The position numbers were made by a program, and so were the translations under genes. Under the pieces are notes generated by a model, which did not search any database, had not been told where the DNA came from, and saw nothing but the letters and a program-made list of their open reading frames with translations. Source: Octopus sinensis (taxonomy: Eukaryota). Taken from it: 64,000 bases of DNA. Every line of letters starts with the position of its first letter. The first letter of the stretch is position 1. Below, piece after piece: positions 44,543 to 60,562 of the stretch. The DNA is taken from positions 6,324,001-6,388,000 of the forward strand of contig NC_043015.1 in NCBI RefSeq assembly GCF_006345805.1, read 5' to 3'.

Positions 44543-46464
44543 TATGTGTATATATAACTGTGTTTGTATTTATCAATATCAATTAACTAGTTGAAACTAT
44601 TATGCTAACCCATAACAAATATGCGCCACCGGCTACATCAATCAAAACCAGTATAATATTGCTTTTGTTATCTTGTACTTATTTTATGATTATTTATGTC
44701 TTTTTTCCAATCTGCGTGCGACGCTGATATGGCATATGGCGTGATTAGCTGAACAATTCTCATTCATACAGTGCTGGAAGAAAATCTCATTTTTGCAGCT
44801 TTTTCGTATTTGTCAATGTCAAATGTTAGCCTTCAGGTCTAACAGGTATTACGTATAATCGTTTGGTCTTATGAATTCTGAAATGGTTCAAACGTACGCA
44901 TTTATACTTAAAGTACTGCAATAAGTACCTATATTAATAATGTTGTCAAACTTATTCATATATTTTTTGTTTTGTTCTTTGCTAGTGCTATAGTTAGAAT
45001 TATTATTGTCTTGATTGATAGCGATGAAGTGGAAGAAATTCTAGAGCACTACACATAAGATCTGTACGGTAATTAGATTTCTCTCAGTGCGTTATCAGTG
45101 AAACTATCGCAACACGGTTACCGCTGACTTTCATTTCATTGTCGTTGTTAAGATAAGTAACAGTCATTGTAAAGGTTCGTTCTCAATCAAAGGACAGAAA
45201 TTTTCTTTTAACATTTTGCTACAGTTAACATTCAGTGCAGTGTTTCATTTATATTTCAACACATTGCCTACAATATATTCGATAACATCAATCTGTGTGT
45301 ATTAGTTGACTAACTCAAACCGTTTGCGGTCATATTTTCACTAAAACGTAGGTAAATACACTCGTATAAATATAACTATCGTTTGACAGAGCACGAGGCC
45401 AATATTCGTAATACACTTTATTAAAAGCATGTAAGTATATTATTCTATCACTTGTACCAACAGGTCATCCTTAGCTCTAAGGAGAACAGGGGTAATTCGA
45501 ACTTATTCTTCACTACATTCAACCCTGAAAAAGGTTACCACACAAATACACACAAACAGACACGCATATACATATATACATGTATAAAATACATACATAT
45601 AAAATCACAAACGCACATATATTTGATTACATTACCACTCCTAATTTCATTCCAGCTACACTTGATGTCAGGGTATCAAATCACTAGATATGAAAACCTG
45701 ATAATGTTATTTCTAGGTGTTGAATAGGGGCTAGAAATAACATTCACTAAACTGGAGAAAACGATATGCGATTAAAAAAAAAGAAAGGGGGCAAAGAAAA
45801 ATTCTCTTCTTCGTACTGATTATTTTAGGTTTATTTCCCTCCGAAAGCAGCTATATATTGAGTTGGATAATGCTTCCCTGTGATCCCAGTCCGCGACTTG
45901 AATTCAATTTCCGGTTGTATTTCATTCTTTTCATTCATGCTGCTACTCCCTTTAAAAATACCATCAACGTGACGAAATACGAAAACATTATATGTCTTCA
46001 ACCTCGACTTAGAAAGTGTGATGTGGGAGACTATCCCAAACAACATTCATTCAAATATATGGAAGGTGCTTATGGAAGTCATATAAGGAAATGGATTCGA
46101 AAAAGAAATTACCACCAGAATCCAAGCAAAATAGTTATGATGAATATGCCATGAATATATTCATAGAATGCCGGAAATGTTCATAACCAACCTCAATTCA
46201 CGGCTTACGAATTTATCATATTTTATAAAACTTATTAGTAAAAAGATAGGCGTTTCTGAAACCACATTAAATTAACATTCAGTTAAATGTAAATATCTCA
46301 GAAGACTCTCTATCTATCTATCAGATTACAGACATATTTTTTTTTATCGTACGTGAGCACTCTGGTGTGCAAGCAGAGGCAAACATTTAAGCGCAAAATG
46401 AAACACATAAACACATTGACTTATCCACACCTACGCACAGGAACACACGTATTTTTCTTCTTCT

Positions 46465-46483
46465 ACCACTACTACTACGACCG

Positions 46484-46517
<34 letters not shown>

Positions 46518-46720
46518 CCCACAACCACCACAACTACCACCACCACCACCACCACCACAACACCACCATCAACACCACTACTACCACCACCACCACCACC
46601 ACAACTACTACCACCACCACCAACCAAAACAACTACCACCACCACCACTACTACTACTACTATTACTACTATTAATACTACTACTACGACTACTACGACT
46701 ACTACTACTACTACTACCGC
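46465..46720. repeat. (ACT/ACC/ACA)n trinucleotide tract
   Basis: Directly visible. Source of the poly-T/P and poly-V ORFs. Confidence 0.95.
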
Positions 46721-47689
46721 ACACATGTTTCTCCTACATTAATGTATATATATATATATATATAAATTTATATGTATGTGTAAGCCTATATATATGCTCA
46801 TAAGTAGAAAGGTACACCCGTACATAGATGCGTACATGCAGTTTTTCATTCCCACTTACACATATAAACCTGTACGAGCTTAACCTCGGCTTTATGATTG
46901 AATTCAATGTATCTCACAGCAAAGACGTGTTAATATCTCTCCGTTAATTAGCAAGGCTTAAAAATGTTGGATCAAATGCATTGCAAAATTTAATTTCTGA
47001 AACGAGTAACATTTCGTTTACACTTCAAATAACCGTGTCTCTACTACCACCCTCATATTTTTTTACGCAGATACAACAAAATGTTGCTTGAAACTTGGGA
47101 CGACTACATGAAAAAATCTATATTTTGCTTCAAAATATTTTGACTTTGGCCTAATTTCAACGTCATTACTGCACGTCGTAAAACTCGGTCGTTATTCACT
47201 AGAATATAATTTCAATTTACGAATGTTCCTCCTTCAAAATCTGGGTTCAAAGACGTTTCTTTCGTAAAAGATTATGGAATCGAGCAAAAATCGATACAAT
47301 GGAAGCAACGAATGGCAAGTTCTCCCGCCACAAAAATTGCTTTCGTTCAGTAAGCACTGAATGATATATGTGTGTTTGTGTGTGGATGATTTCACAAAAG
47401 GGAATGCATACATACGTACAAGCACATGTTATAGTTTAAGTTTTCAAGTATCGTTATCTGTACACTTGGGTACCATTTTGAATTTATGTACGGAAGTGTG
47501 TATATTCCTGGAAGAATTCGTTCACAATTATGTATAAAAATGATATATATTCTTATGTGTGTTTAAATTGTACGAAAACACACACACACGGTTACACACG
47601 TACACAGACACAAACATATATATACACCCTTGCATAAATTGATTCATACATTCATACATACATATAAATATATATGTGTGTATACATGT

Positions 47690-47900
47690 ATGTATTTATG
47701 TATGCATGATTATATATATATATAATATATATATGTGTGTATATATATATACATATATGTATGAATGTATATATACATATATGTATGCATGTATATATAC
47801 ATATATGTATGCATGTATATATATATATATGTATGCATGTATATATATATATATGTACATATATGTATGCATGTATATATATACATATATATATATATGC

Positions 47901-47937
<37 letters not shown>

Positions 47938-48027
47938 CATTATATATATATACATATATGTGTGCATGCATATATATATTATATATATATACATATATGT
48001 ATGCATGTATATAATATATATTATATA

Positions 48028-48074
<47 letters not shown>

Positions 48075-48110
48075 TTATGCATGTATATATATATATATAT
48101 GCTCCTATAC
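47690..48110. repeat. AT-rich minisatellite (atgcatgtatatatatacatatatgt-like units) within (TA)n
   Basis: Recurrent atgcatgtatata units. Confidence 0.88.
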
Positions 48111-48527
48111 AATTTACATGCCACAAATAATGAATTTAATGCTTCTATCTTCAATCATTTATGTTCAGCGGAGTTAATAATAAAGTTTGCAGAAGAAAGA
48201 TACCATTCTTTTTTTATATCTATTTTGTTTTGGGGGATTTTATTTATCTATACATACTTTAAATATTTTTATTTATTTATATTAATGTGTTATTCAGTTT
48301 GGCAGATATAATAAAACAAAATGTTGATTTCTAAGCTAGCAAGCCAAGGAAAATATATATTATACAAGCAAAAGTAAATCATCTTGAAAATCACTGTGGT
48401 GTTTAAATAGGAATACACACAGACTTCGACATCGTTTCATACGTATTGCAATAAGCATGTGTATATACATACACAATTACATACATAAATGTATAAATAT
48501 ATACATACACTGATATATTTATATGTG

Positions 48528-48792
<265 letters not shown>

Positions 48793-49083
48793 GGTTTTCA
48801 TTCCATTTCTTGTCTGATGAATGCATTTCTCTATATATTTATATACACGTATATAGACAGCTGCGGTTTTGAGATTCTATATATCTGTTTCTGCCCGTGT
48901 CCCTGTATGTTATATATATTGTACGTACATTGATTAAATACGTTTGTGCATGGATATGTAGTCCTGTGTATGCTTGGTATATTATAACAATACAGAGATT
49001 AGACCCCAAATTTATATGTGAATTTAATATTCTCTTCTGATATATATGTGTATGTGTACATATATATATATATAATATATATA

Positions 49084-49132
<49 letters not shown>

Positions 49133-49229
49133 TATATATTATATTATTATGTGATATGTATACTTGTATATTTCATATATTATATATATATATAGAATGT
49201 ATGTGTATATATATATATATATATATATC

Positions 49230-49267
<38 letters not shown>

Positions 49268-49820
49268 ATATAATAATATGTGTGTGTGTGTACGTGTGTA
49301 TGAGTATGTGTCTGGGTTTTGTATACATGCATATGGCTTTATGCGTATCTATGGATTAATGCATGCTGTGCATACGATTCGGTTTAGGAGTGTTTCTGTC
49401 CGTCTCTATCATTATGATATGCGTTTACATATAAAAAAGCAAAGGTCGAAAGGTCTCCCTATCTCAGAGGAGAGTAAGAACATAAGAAGCAAACAAACGT
49501 CTGAGAGTAAAGTAATTGAAAGCAATCTATTAGATGTAACTTGATAGTTACATTAGCTAGGTCGTGACTTCAAATTTGTACTCCTACCAAGTCTAAACGA
49601 TCGACATTCCAGCATAGCAAAGTCAAAGAAAAAAATATATATATAATATTCGATGTACAAAAGAACTATGATTAACTGGTTGTACAATTTCGAACTGAAA
49701 AAATATTTTCTTACATATTTAGTATTTGTTCTTTGTATATTTCTGAAGAGCATTCATTAGGTATAAATATTTCTGTTCAATATTCTTCGTCCTGTTGTTG
49801 TTCTTGCTAGCGCTTTCTAC

Positions 49821-49851
<31 letters not shown>

Positions 49852-49984
49852 TTACTGCTTTGTTTTTAGTTCTTTTCTAAGTAGATGTGTCCATTCGTTT
49901 TCTTCTGTATATTGTTAACAATTTATCTGCTATATTTTATAGGAGAAAAAAATCAAAATAAGTTGCAATAATTCATAAATCTAT

Positions 49985-49995
49985 TATGTATATGC

Positions 49996-50026
<31 letters not shown>

Positions 50027-50742
50027 CATATATATACATACATATATATATGCACACACATGTATATACATACATATATATACATATATATACATACATA
50101 TGTTTATACATACATATATATATACATATATATACATATATATACATACATATGTATATACATACATATATATATACATATATATACATATATATACATA
50201 CATATGTATATACATACATATATATACATATATATACATACATATATATATACATACATACATACGTATATATATATACATACATATATATACATATATA
50301 TATATATACATACGTACATATATATACATATATATATACATATATATATACATGCATACATAAATACATATATATATATTATATATACATACATATATAA
50401 TACATATATATATATACATACATACATATATAATATAATACATACCTACATTATATATACGTACATATACATACATACATATATATATACATACATACAT
50501 ACATACATATATGCATACACATATATGCAATAATATATATACATACATATAAATACATATATATACATACATTATATATATATATACATACACATATATA
50601 TATACTACTATATATATATATATACATACATACATATATATATACCCATAATACATATATATACATATATTATTAATATATACAATATATATCTATAATC
50701 TATATACATATATATATATATATATATATTATATATACATAC

Positions 50743-50787
<45 letters not shown>

Positions 50788-50882
50788 TAACCACAAGTCT
50801 ACATATATGTGTGCGTTGTGTTTGTGTGAACTTATGTATACACACACACACACATATATGTATATATCTGATATATATGTAA

Positions 50883-50952
<70 letters not shown>

Positions 50953-50969
50953 ATATATAATATATATTA

Positions 50970-51005
<36 letters not shown>
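49985..51005. repeat. About 1 kb of (TA)n/(TACA)n compound microsatellite
   Basis: Directly visible. Confidence 0.95.
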
Positions 51006-51008
<3 letters not shown>

Positions 51009-51464
51009 AGGGGAGAAAGACAAGGAGAGAGCGATAGATACATATGTATAGTGATATATACGTGTTTTCGTGTGTGTATCGGAATTGTTGCGTGTGTGTG
51101 AGTGCGTGTGTGTCTTCCCATCGAAAAGAACGCTGCTTGTATACGGAAAAATAAAAATAAAATACAATTCAGACATATATGTATTTGTATATTACCTCAA
51201 AATAGAGTTAGACAGTTTTATAAAGTTTCCGTATAGTCTGTTATTGAAATCTTGTTTCATAAATTACTGACAATCGTAACGATATAGTTTTGTATATATT
51301 CTACAATTTCGTTGACAAAACCCTAGAGACAGTAGCGAATTTTATGCTTTATATATATATGTTTTGTATGTCTTATGTATCACTCTCTCGAATTTATTTT
51401 CTCTCTATCTGTTCCTATAATTCTTGTGTGTGCACATGTATATAGTAAAGAAGTATATATGTAG

Positions 51465-51862
51465 ACTAGCAGTATCGCCCGGCGTTGCTCGGGTTTGTAA
51501 GGGAAGTAACTATATAAGCATCTTTAGAGATGTAAAGTATAATAGCCATCTCAATATGGCTAACCACAAAGGGAGGGTGTTACTGTAGCTTTTTACGTTC
51601 TGAGATTTAATAATAAATTTTTAGAGAGTTACTTCACTTATATATGCCAAAAATGCATTAAAAATGGGGAAAATTGATGGTAATTATTTTTTTTAAATCG
51701 TAGACTCATCGTAGACGCGCGCTAATACCCAGAAGGGCTCGATATGAATCACGATTATAAGATACCCGGTTTTGGTTAAACTGCACCGCAAAATGGGGAG
51801 TAGTTAGGAATCTAAATCGTAGGAGACAGACAGCACACAACCTCTCTTTTATATATGTAGAT
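51465..51862 (+). mobile_element. Non-autonomous Helentron/DINE-1 (HINE)-like rolling-circle element
   Basis: 5' actagcagtatcg followed by an imperfect hairpin cccggcgttgctcggg. 3' gacagacag...ttttatatatgtagat terminus. This matches the DINE-1/Lep1-type layout. No coding capacity. Confidence 0.68.
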
Positions 51863-53497
51863 ATACACAGAATACGCAAAGGTAGTTAAACTACATTTGA
51901 ATACCTTAGCTCGAGAGAGAGACAGAGAGGAGAGAGAGAGAGATAGAGTAAATCTCGTATCACAGGTCAAAATCTCATTTTTTTGGTTATTCACTTATTC
52001 AATAATTGAGCATAGCTTCAATGGCGTTTTCTTATGCGAAACTTATATTATCTTGTTATTACTATTATTTTTGGGGCCTTTGTAAGAATCCTAGAAATTA
52101 AGCTCAGGCTGCTTGGTTTTCTTATTTAAAGTACTATGTGATCTACAAATGTTGCAAATATGGCTACACATCATATTTCCTATTACACTTGAAGCAGAGT
52201 TTCTTAATTTGATATATTTTTTCATATACTGTCTTCTGAACAGCTACATGGATAGGAGAATTTTCGGTTCAACATTCTGAAAAGGAATATAGTGCTTTTT
52301 GTATGTTGTTGTTGTTAGGCGTAATTCAAATGACTTAAAATCAAAATTATTCCAGAATTTGTTCACGTGCACCTCTAGAACCTGTCTTCTCAGAAAGACC
52401 GGTTTCGTCCTTAATAATATGTCAGAATTTGTAGATGGGTACTCAGTAACCAGGGGTCTGTAGCATTACTTTGATATTGATGCATCTGTCTCCTACTTGA
52501 ATATTGACACCAAACCATACTCTTATGTGATATATTTTAACGAGATATGTAGCTTGATGATAGTTACCCTCAATGTTGACATCAAGCATGTAAGTGTTTT
52601 ATGCACAAAAACGCCTTCCACTAACTTCCATAAAATTTCATTTGCATGTCAAAGTGAAAGTAGAGAGATTTAAAAGCAACTATGTAAATCCTCTCCTTTC
52701 TAATAGTATAATACCCGGAACTGCATATTTACTCAACATATCAAGACGGTCGTCGTGAAAATCTTATATCCAAACCTTATTGGAATCTATAACTAATCTG
52801 AAATGAACAATTACATTTACTTCAACTGAATAACAATTACGCATTAGTTCCTCTCATTTTATGTATATGCTTTATGGTGACAGTTATTTACATCAATAAT
52901 ATCCAACTGTGTAAAGCAAACATGTCGTTGCAACGTTTCTGAACGATGTGGGAGGCACTATGTATTTCAATGTACGTAATTTGTGTAGGTTCTTTGATGA
53001 TATCAGTATCAATATATGCATAGCTATCGTTATTTGAGGGCTCGTCTGTATCTGATCGTAAAATATTTTAATACGATTTATACGTTGTCACTTAATGACC
53101 AGCATATACTTCCTCCGTTTACATTGGCAATTCTTCGTTTCCATGATATTATTTTTATACATAATCTCCCTATGTGTGTTTGTGTTTGTTATATATATAT
53201 ATATATATATATGTGCGTGTGTGAGTGTATGTATGTGTGCATTCACTTATATGAATGTAAATGCTTGTGTACATATATAAACATATATGTATGTAATATA
53301 TTATATATATATATATAATATATAATATATATATATATATAGAATATGTGTATATAATGTGTGTATATATATATGTATATATGTATGTATATATATATAT
53401 ATATATGTATATATAAATATATATATACATATATATGCATATATATATATACAGTAGTACCTATCGAGCAAGGCCGTAATTAAATAATGTATGTATG

Positions 53498-53542
<45 letters not shown>

Positions 53543-55596
53543 GTGTCTGTGTATATGCTTGGCCTGGTTTGATAGGTACTACTAATACGAATTTTATGTT
53601 CTACATTACTTGGACAGAACATTGATGCTCACGAAGTGTGCATGTGATTCCTCATAACGGCAACTTAATTAAAATTTCATATTATCTGACATTAACAACG
53701 CTAATTATGGTTTAATTATGTTACAGCCGCATAAAGCAAGGATAAATTTGAACTACTTCTACATTATTTGGGGAGAGCTCCTTGTATACTTGAGCCTCAG
53801 AATTTATATATACATGTATATAACATATATGTTTATATATATATATATATGCATATATGTATTTGTATGTGCATATACATTCATAAATGCATGTGTGTGC
53901 GTGTCTGTGTTTGTGTGACTTCATTATATACGGACACATATCTTAAGTGAAGGTAATGGTTTGAATCCTGTCGTGACTACGTTTTCAAAACATGATAATA
54001 TATAGTAACCAAACTTTTAATTTGCCACCATATTGAAACATGATCGAAACGAGATTGAATGCAGCGATATAATACTATCTTGGTGCGCACAGCCGAAGGG
54101 CAATCGAGAAATTGAATTTCTGCTTCGTGACGTCATCAGGAATAGGTAAAAATAATTTCGATCAATTGATGAATGAAATGAATCGTTCTGGGAAAATTTA
54201 AGAAAAGCTATCTATCTATCTATCAACACATCCATACATATATTTAACACTATACTTGTTCCACGTCCTCCCGTTGTTGTGTTTTCCCTGTGTTCATGTT
54301 TGGATTAACCATATATATAAAGAGAGAGAGAGAAGGAAAGAGACGGAGACACGCACACACTCGCGCACGCACATGCACACGCACACAAACATGTATATTT
54401 ATATATGTGTGTGTGTGTGTTTGAATGCATGCGCAACAAATATGTGCGCGATACGGATATAAATATATATATATATATATACATTTGTGTGCGTGTGTTC
54501 ATACAGAGAGGGGGAAGAGGGGGAGAGAGGAACGAGAGGAGAGAGGAACGAGAAACCGTATTAGAGAGGGCGGAGAGATGCATGCAGGAAATAACTGTTA
54601 ATGAGTCATACGAGAAAGGAGAAGATGTACAGTTAAGCGATTCAAATCTTCACTTTCCTCTCTGCACGCCTATCTCGTTGCCTTCAACCTTTCAGTGTAT
54701 CTACACAGCTCTTCCAGCTGAATGAAGTTGCAAGATTAAAAATGAAAAATGCCAACCGTAATATGTAATAATAATGGATTAAATATATTCGATTTGTATG
54801 AAATGAAACTTTGCATGTTCAGTGTAGATATGTACAGTATATTTGTCAATATAATTAAAGAAATACCAAACAAATGTTAGATTATCACTTCAATAAAAAA
54901 AAATACATGGTTTTCTTCTTTCTAAGCATCATTTTTTTTTTTTTATAATCCGATGAAATTTTCCAAGTACCTCATATAAAATAATCAATGTGTAAAGAAA
55001 ATAGTTCTTCTCCTTCATTACTTCATTCTATGAGTCGACGTCATCGTACAATATAATGCATTTTTATTATTTTGTCCATATATAAAGCTGATAAAAAAAA
55101 AAGAGCTAAAAAGAAAACTGCAAAAAAGTTTCTATTTATTTCAAATATTGATGTGACAATGTGAGAAATTCGCAACATTAGTAATTCGAAAATCTTAGAA
55201 CTCAAGAGAGACTGACTCCATTGTATTAATATTCTCTTTTACAGAAACAATGAACTGTAGCTTCCTGGAACTAAATTTCCCATTGACAGTGTGATCAGGC
55301 ATTCAAATTATTCGCATTGCGTGACTATAACTGAATGTAATCAAGAAGAAGCGAGCGAGGCTGGTGGAGGGAGGCTATAACTAAATAAGTCATTATTTGA
55401 TTAAGGATTGTTTCAGAGAAACAAAATTGTGTTTTCTTTCTTTTTTTTTCGTGTTATTTTATTTTGTTTTTATTTTATCATTGATTCATGACATGAATAG
55501 TGATTGTGCAGAGAATCGCTAACAGAGGTATGTAATTAGTGGACAATTATGGGCTAGAGTAAGCATGAGAAAAGGGAAGGATTTGTGTGAATAAGA

Positions 55597-55629
<33 letters not shown>

Positions 55630-57262
55630 TATCACTGAAATGTGTAATTTATCTGAAAGACAATAACAACGAACATAATACAAATCTGCCATTTATTTGT
55701 AGGGCAACAGGAAAGCTCACGAGGTACACGTGTTGCTTCCAGAGAAATATGATGAATTAATACGGTTTAGTTTGTCGCAAATCCTCGTTTATTTGCGCTA
55801 GCTTTGAAAAAAATATATAGCAATAACAAAAAAAGGTTATTGTTTATATAATATGAATTCAATCAGTTAGAAGTAAATTTGATATGCCTTCTTGCAATTG
55901 TTGCACCTATTAAATGCAGTTTGCTCTCTGAATATTCAATACGACTTAGAAAACAAATCGTTGCATAAAAAGACAAAGAACCATATGCATACACATACAC
56001 GCACACACACAGAAATGTGCGAATAAGCACGCATATATACCCACACATATACACATATACTCACACATAGATACATATTGTTGATGTCATGCGAATTATA
56101 TGAACGTTCAAGAGATGAAATAATTACGTTTAGGAATAGTGGCTTTCAATGCGCGTATTATATCCGCGGGTTCGAGTTCCATGGACATGCTTCGATATTT
56201 TTAACCAAAAATGACTTTCAACCCAATATCTAAATGCAATTACTTATAGCTATAAATGTGTCTTGAATATATTCCAAAATAGAAATAACTCATCTTCTAT
56301 CGAGATGATATACCCACCAAAATTTCTGAAATTGGAGAAAACGTGTGATTGATGTACGAGATTTTCCTCAGGAAAGAGAATGATCACATAGGACAATCTA
56401 TTCCTGACACATATTAAAGGAATGGGTGACCAGTGTCGGAGCGACTTCGGCCATAGTTATCTGTCAGGATATTTATATCCCTAGCGGTCGCTTTAAACTG
56501 CCGAATAATCCTTAAACCAAAAGCTGGTATTACAATAAAGAATGGACTCATTGCCAACTTTATTCTATTTTGGATTATTTGTTTCAATCTCTGGACTGAA
56601 GTCATTCTGGGACATCACAATGACGGATTTTAGTCGAACATATATTGTCATTTACGGCAAGCCTGTGACTTATTCTATCGGACTCTTTGACCAAACCGCT
56701 ACTCATGAAGACAGACTTTCTGATTAAGAGATAAATACGATTATGGGATGGAATACAGCTTGACTGATTTCGATTATCGCTCCGTTTGATGAGTGCTGAT
56801 GTTAGGGCGGATAGAATATGAACATTATAGTGGGGTTTGAGTTTTTCTCTATTCGTAACTGTAGCTTCAATATATTATCTCCTAATCTCCGGGAAATAAT
56901 ATAACCACAGAATGACATAAAACGACATGCATTATAATGCATTTGTGATGTCTCAGGAGTTGGTCATTTAGAACAATGATTTCTCTACCGCAGTACGTAT
57001 AAACATTTGTATTCGTATGCATCATCTAAATGAAACAAGTATTAAAAAGAACTAAAGTATACCTAAGCAAATAAGTATTGTTCGTTTGATAACGTGTTCC
57101 TGTTTGAATGGAAACGGTTTGTTGTATGTTTTGACAAGGCACTTAATTCAACTATTCTCTGGGGGTATTATTTAATTAATATCGATTTCCTATACGAGGG
57201 CGGTTGACGGGTAGAAACAAGAGAGGCAGCCATTTAATTTCATTCGATATCTATTTATGAAT

Positions 57263-57345
57263 CTTTACAATCTGATTTCAAATTCCTCCGGTGACGATTT
57301 TTACCTTTCATCTTTCCAGCATCGATAAATTTGCATCATTTACTG
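57263..57345 (+). mobile_element. Decayed SINE core (13734 family)
   Basis: ctttacaatctgatttcaaattcctccggtgacgattttacctttcatctttccagcatcgataaa. Confidence 0.45.
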
Positions 57346-59446
57346 GTTTGATTGTTGTTGCATGTATATAGATTGGTTAGTAGACTAGTCGGAAAAATAT
57401 ATAAATCAATAATTCGTTTCTGCCATTAGATAAATAGTAGATATGCTTTATTTCCTCTAAATTTCGTTAATGATAAATATATATTTCTTTTTTCCTTTTT
57501 TTTTCCTTTTTTAATAGAGAATGAATACAGCTAAATTGTGTACAAGCAGAAAAAAGGAAGATCAGAGAAGTGATGTGCAGCAAATAAGTGCATGTTAGAG
57601 AGAGGTGATTTGAAAAATGCATTTAATAGAAAACAAATCGTATTAGCACTGGGGGACATGCAATAAATCTACGATATTTGAAATGCTTTTAATCGCTCGC
57701 GAATGAACAGTAATAAGCTGAAGATCAACAAGGATATTCTGGCATTATATAAGTTGAAATGCTGCTAAATGCCAAAAAACCTTCCTTGAAGTCATCGATT
57801 GAATATTTTACCAATAACAAATGGACAGTATTGGATATTAAACTGGAACAAATTAGGTAATTTGTTGGAGATTTTTGTGGAGAAAAAAAAAAGGCAAATT
57901 CTTCAGTGTGATATTCGGGTAAAGAACACACTTTAACTAGTATTAAATGAATGAGGAATTTGGGATAATACGCACTCTATGGTATTTAGAAAAATATATA
58001 TCAGAAGCAGGAAACGAATCTGAAAAACATCAAAGAGAAACTAGACTAATCCCTTGACTATTCACTTGTAGAGCCACTAAATGTAGCATCACTCTTTGAA
58101 ATACTGGTGAATAGTACACTATGGAAACCAACATCTTCACCGTATGGAATGAGAACAAAGGTATGCTTAGGGTACATGTATGTGTGTGTGTGTGTTTGTA
58201 ATCTGAATGTAATCTGAATAATATATTTCATATATATATATTTATATATATATATATGTATACATATATATATATATATTCAATATAGATTTATATATAA
58301 GAAGTGGGGTGGGAGAGATTTTCCGCTGAGAATAAAAGTTAGTCGTTTTAGTATTTGATTTCATTTTGGCTTAGGTATGTATTTTCCTTATCTATTTACA
58401 GTTGTTTAAAAATCAATGTTTTGTACATTTGACCGAGCATGAATAAAATATCTGTTTACATTTCCACATCTTCATCACTTTTTCGCCAAAAGAATGCAAT
58501 CATCCGCACACACTACAACTTAAATACTTCATTATATACAGAACAGACCTAATGGAAACGCCTAAGAAAAATATCATTTATAATTGCCATTCGTAGTATA
58601 ACATATACTCGCTCTAAAATAACTGGCACCCAGCCAAAAACATTAAAATCTTTTCCAACTCGCCACTCTATCCAAGAAGAAAATATTCACCAACTGCTTT
58701 TACATTTTCTTTGGGGGTTATTCTGTCACAAATGTCAGCTTAGAAAAACAAATGTATGAGAAGTATTAAAATAAACCAATTTCAGTACGACGCAACGAAA
58801 ACAATCATGTTTAGCTGTTCTATGATTACTTTCTATGCTTTGTATCACAAGATCAGTAATTTTATAGGCAGATTTCGACATATATCGGTAAATCACTTCT
58901 TTGCATCAGATATAAGTGGCACATGTTCGTAATTGTGCGTACGTTCGTTTGTGTCTCAATGTGTTTATATACGCCTGTATGTAATTTAAAATTCGGAGAA
59001 AATCACTTTTATTAATATAGCATAACCTACAACATGTTTAGAAAGGAAGCATATATATGACATATCCTTTCTACGCGGAAATATATCAGATTATATTTCT
59101 GTTTCCACAGACATTTTCGATATTCGGGAACCCAGTATATTGCGGAACGTTATTAACATTTGCTTTTCGGTAGCACATTTAAGAGTGCTGTACTATGTGT
59201 ATAACCGCAAAAGCAGCAGGTAAATTAGAAACAAGCTGCCAGTGAAATAATTCCTCAACCTAAATTTTCTTTCCATAGCAATTCACTTTTTCACACCCTA
59301 AAGCTCTTGGGAAATGTTTTCTATTCCTCAATCCCGTTTAAGCTAACCTACTTTATGAATCCAAGTTATTGCGTTTATTGAAGCGGCCAATATGAAGATA
59401 TTAAAGTGTTTGATACACACACAAACACACACTCTCTCTATCTCTA

Positions 59447-59477
<31 letters not shown>

Positions 59478-60377
59478 TATGTAAGTACGTATGTGTGTAT
59501 ATATACCATCAGAAAAGCACACATAGATAGAGACAGAAAGAGAGAGAGAGAGAAATGTAGGCCTACACTCACACTCTTAGGATTTTCGAGAAAATTAGAT
59601 TTTATTTATAGGTCTGGAATGATAACAGGTAAAGGTAGACTTAGTCAAGTATTATAAATTCTACTTAGAACTTTGATGCTTTAAGGGATCATTAAATCAA
59701 CCCCACTTTATAACAGGTATATTATCTTAGCAACACCTGAAGAGTGGACGGTAAAATTAACCTCGATATGATGTGATGTAGTATGTCACGTACCATAACT
59801 AACTACCATAACCCAACTTCTTTTCCGAAACCACTCCTCTTTGGGTGATGGTTGTCTGTGATGTTGTCTTGTTATTAACTTGTGTCACATAACACAAGTT
59901 GGTAAACAATTATCAAATCATAATTGAAACATATCTTACCCCCTTCCTCTGTTGTCTAGAGCATAGACCACTGTGCTGCAAGTCCTTCTACTAGAACACA
60001 ACCGGACCTGTGAACAGACACCAACTTGTTTCACCGCTGTTCTGGATATTGCTGTGCCTCTACTGATTCAACTAAACGGATTATACCATATTTGGAAATG
60101 CCTGATATATTTAACGTTATCTAATTTGATGCATAGTCTAATGTGCCTCATAACATTCCAAACCAAACCTAGTATCTTAAAAAGAAAGATGAATTTGCTG
60201 TCATAGACTAGATTTCCTGTAAATATGGAAATGCGGTATCTCCATGGATGAATTGCCATTCGATATAAGTCTATTCGTTTAGAGATCAAGGGCGAACTAA
60301 ACACCTTAAAGAAAGAATATGCATGTATGTATATGTATATATCTCTCTATATATATATATACACACATATATATATC

Positions 60378-60407
<30 letters not shown>

Positions 60408-60409
<2 letters not shown>

Positions 60410-60562
60410 TTTGTGTACATGCCTTTGTACAGATGTGCTTATATATAAACACAAAGACATAGACAGAATATATATATATATATGTATTATATATATATAC
60501 ACACACATTTGTGTACATGCTTTGTACAGATGTGCTTATATATAAACATAGACATAGACAGA

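Noticed and set aside
45831-46154. Overlapping 98-aa (+) and 71-aa (-) ORFs in unique sequence
   Set aside because: No motif recognised, and the lengths are within chance for this window.
52464-52595. Open frame ending at a perfect donor (CAT|gtaagt)
   Set aside because: No pyrimidine-rich acceptor and no recognisable peptide.
54128-54135. Perfect CRE palindrome TGACGTCA
   Set aside because: A single 8-mer is expected about once by chance in 64 kb, and there is no promoter context.
54640-54780. Candidate splice acceptors on both strands
   Set aside because: Donors are weak, peptides are short and unrecognised, and no gene model links them.
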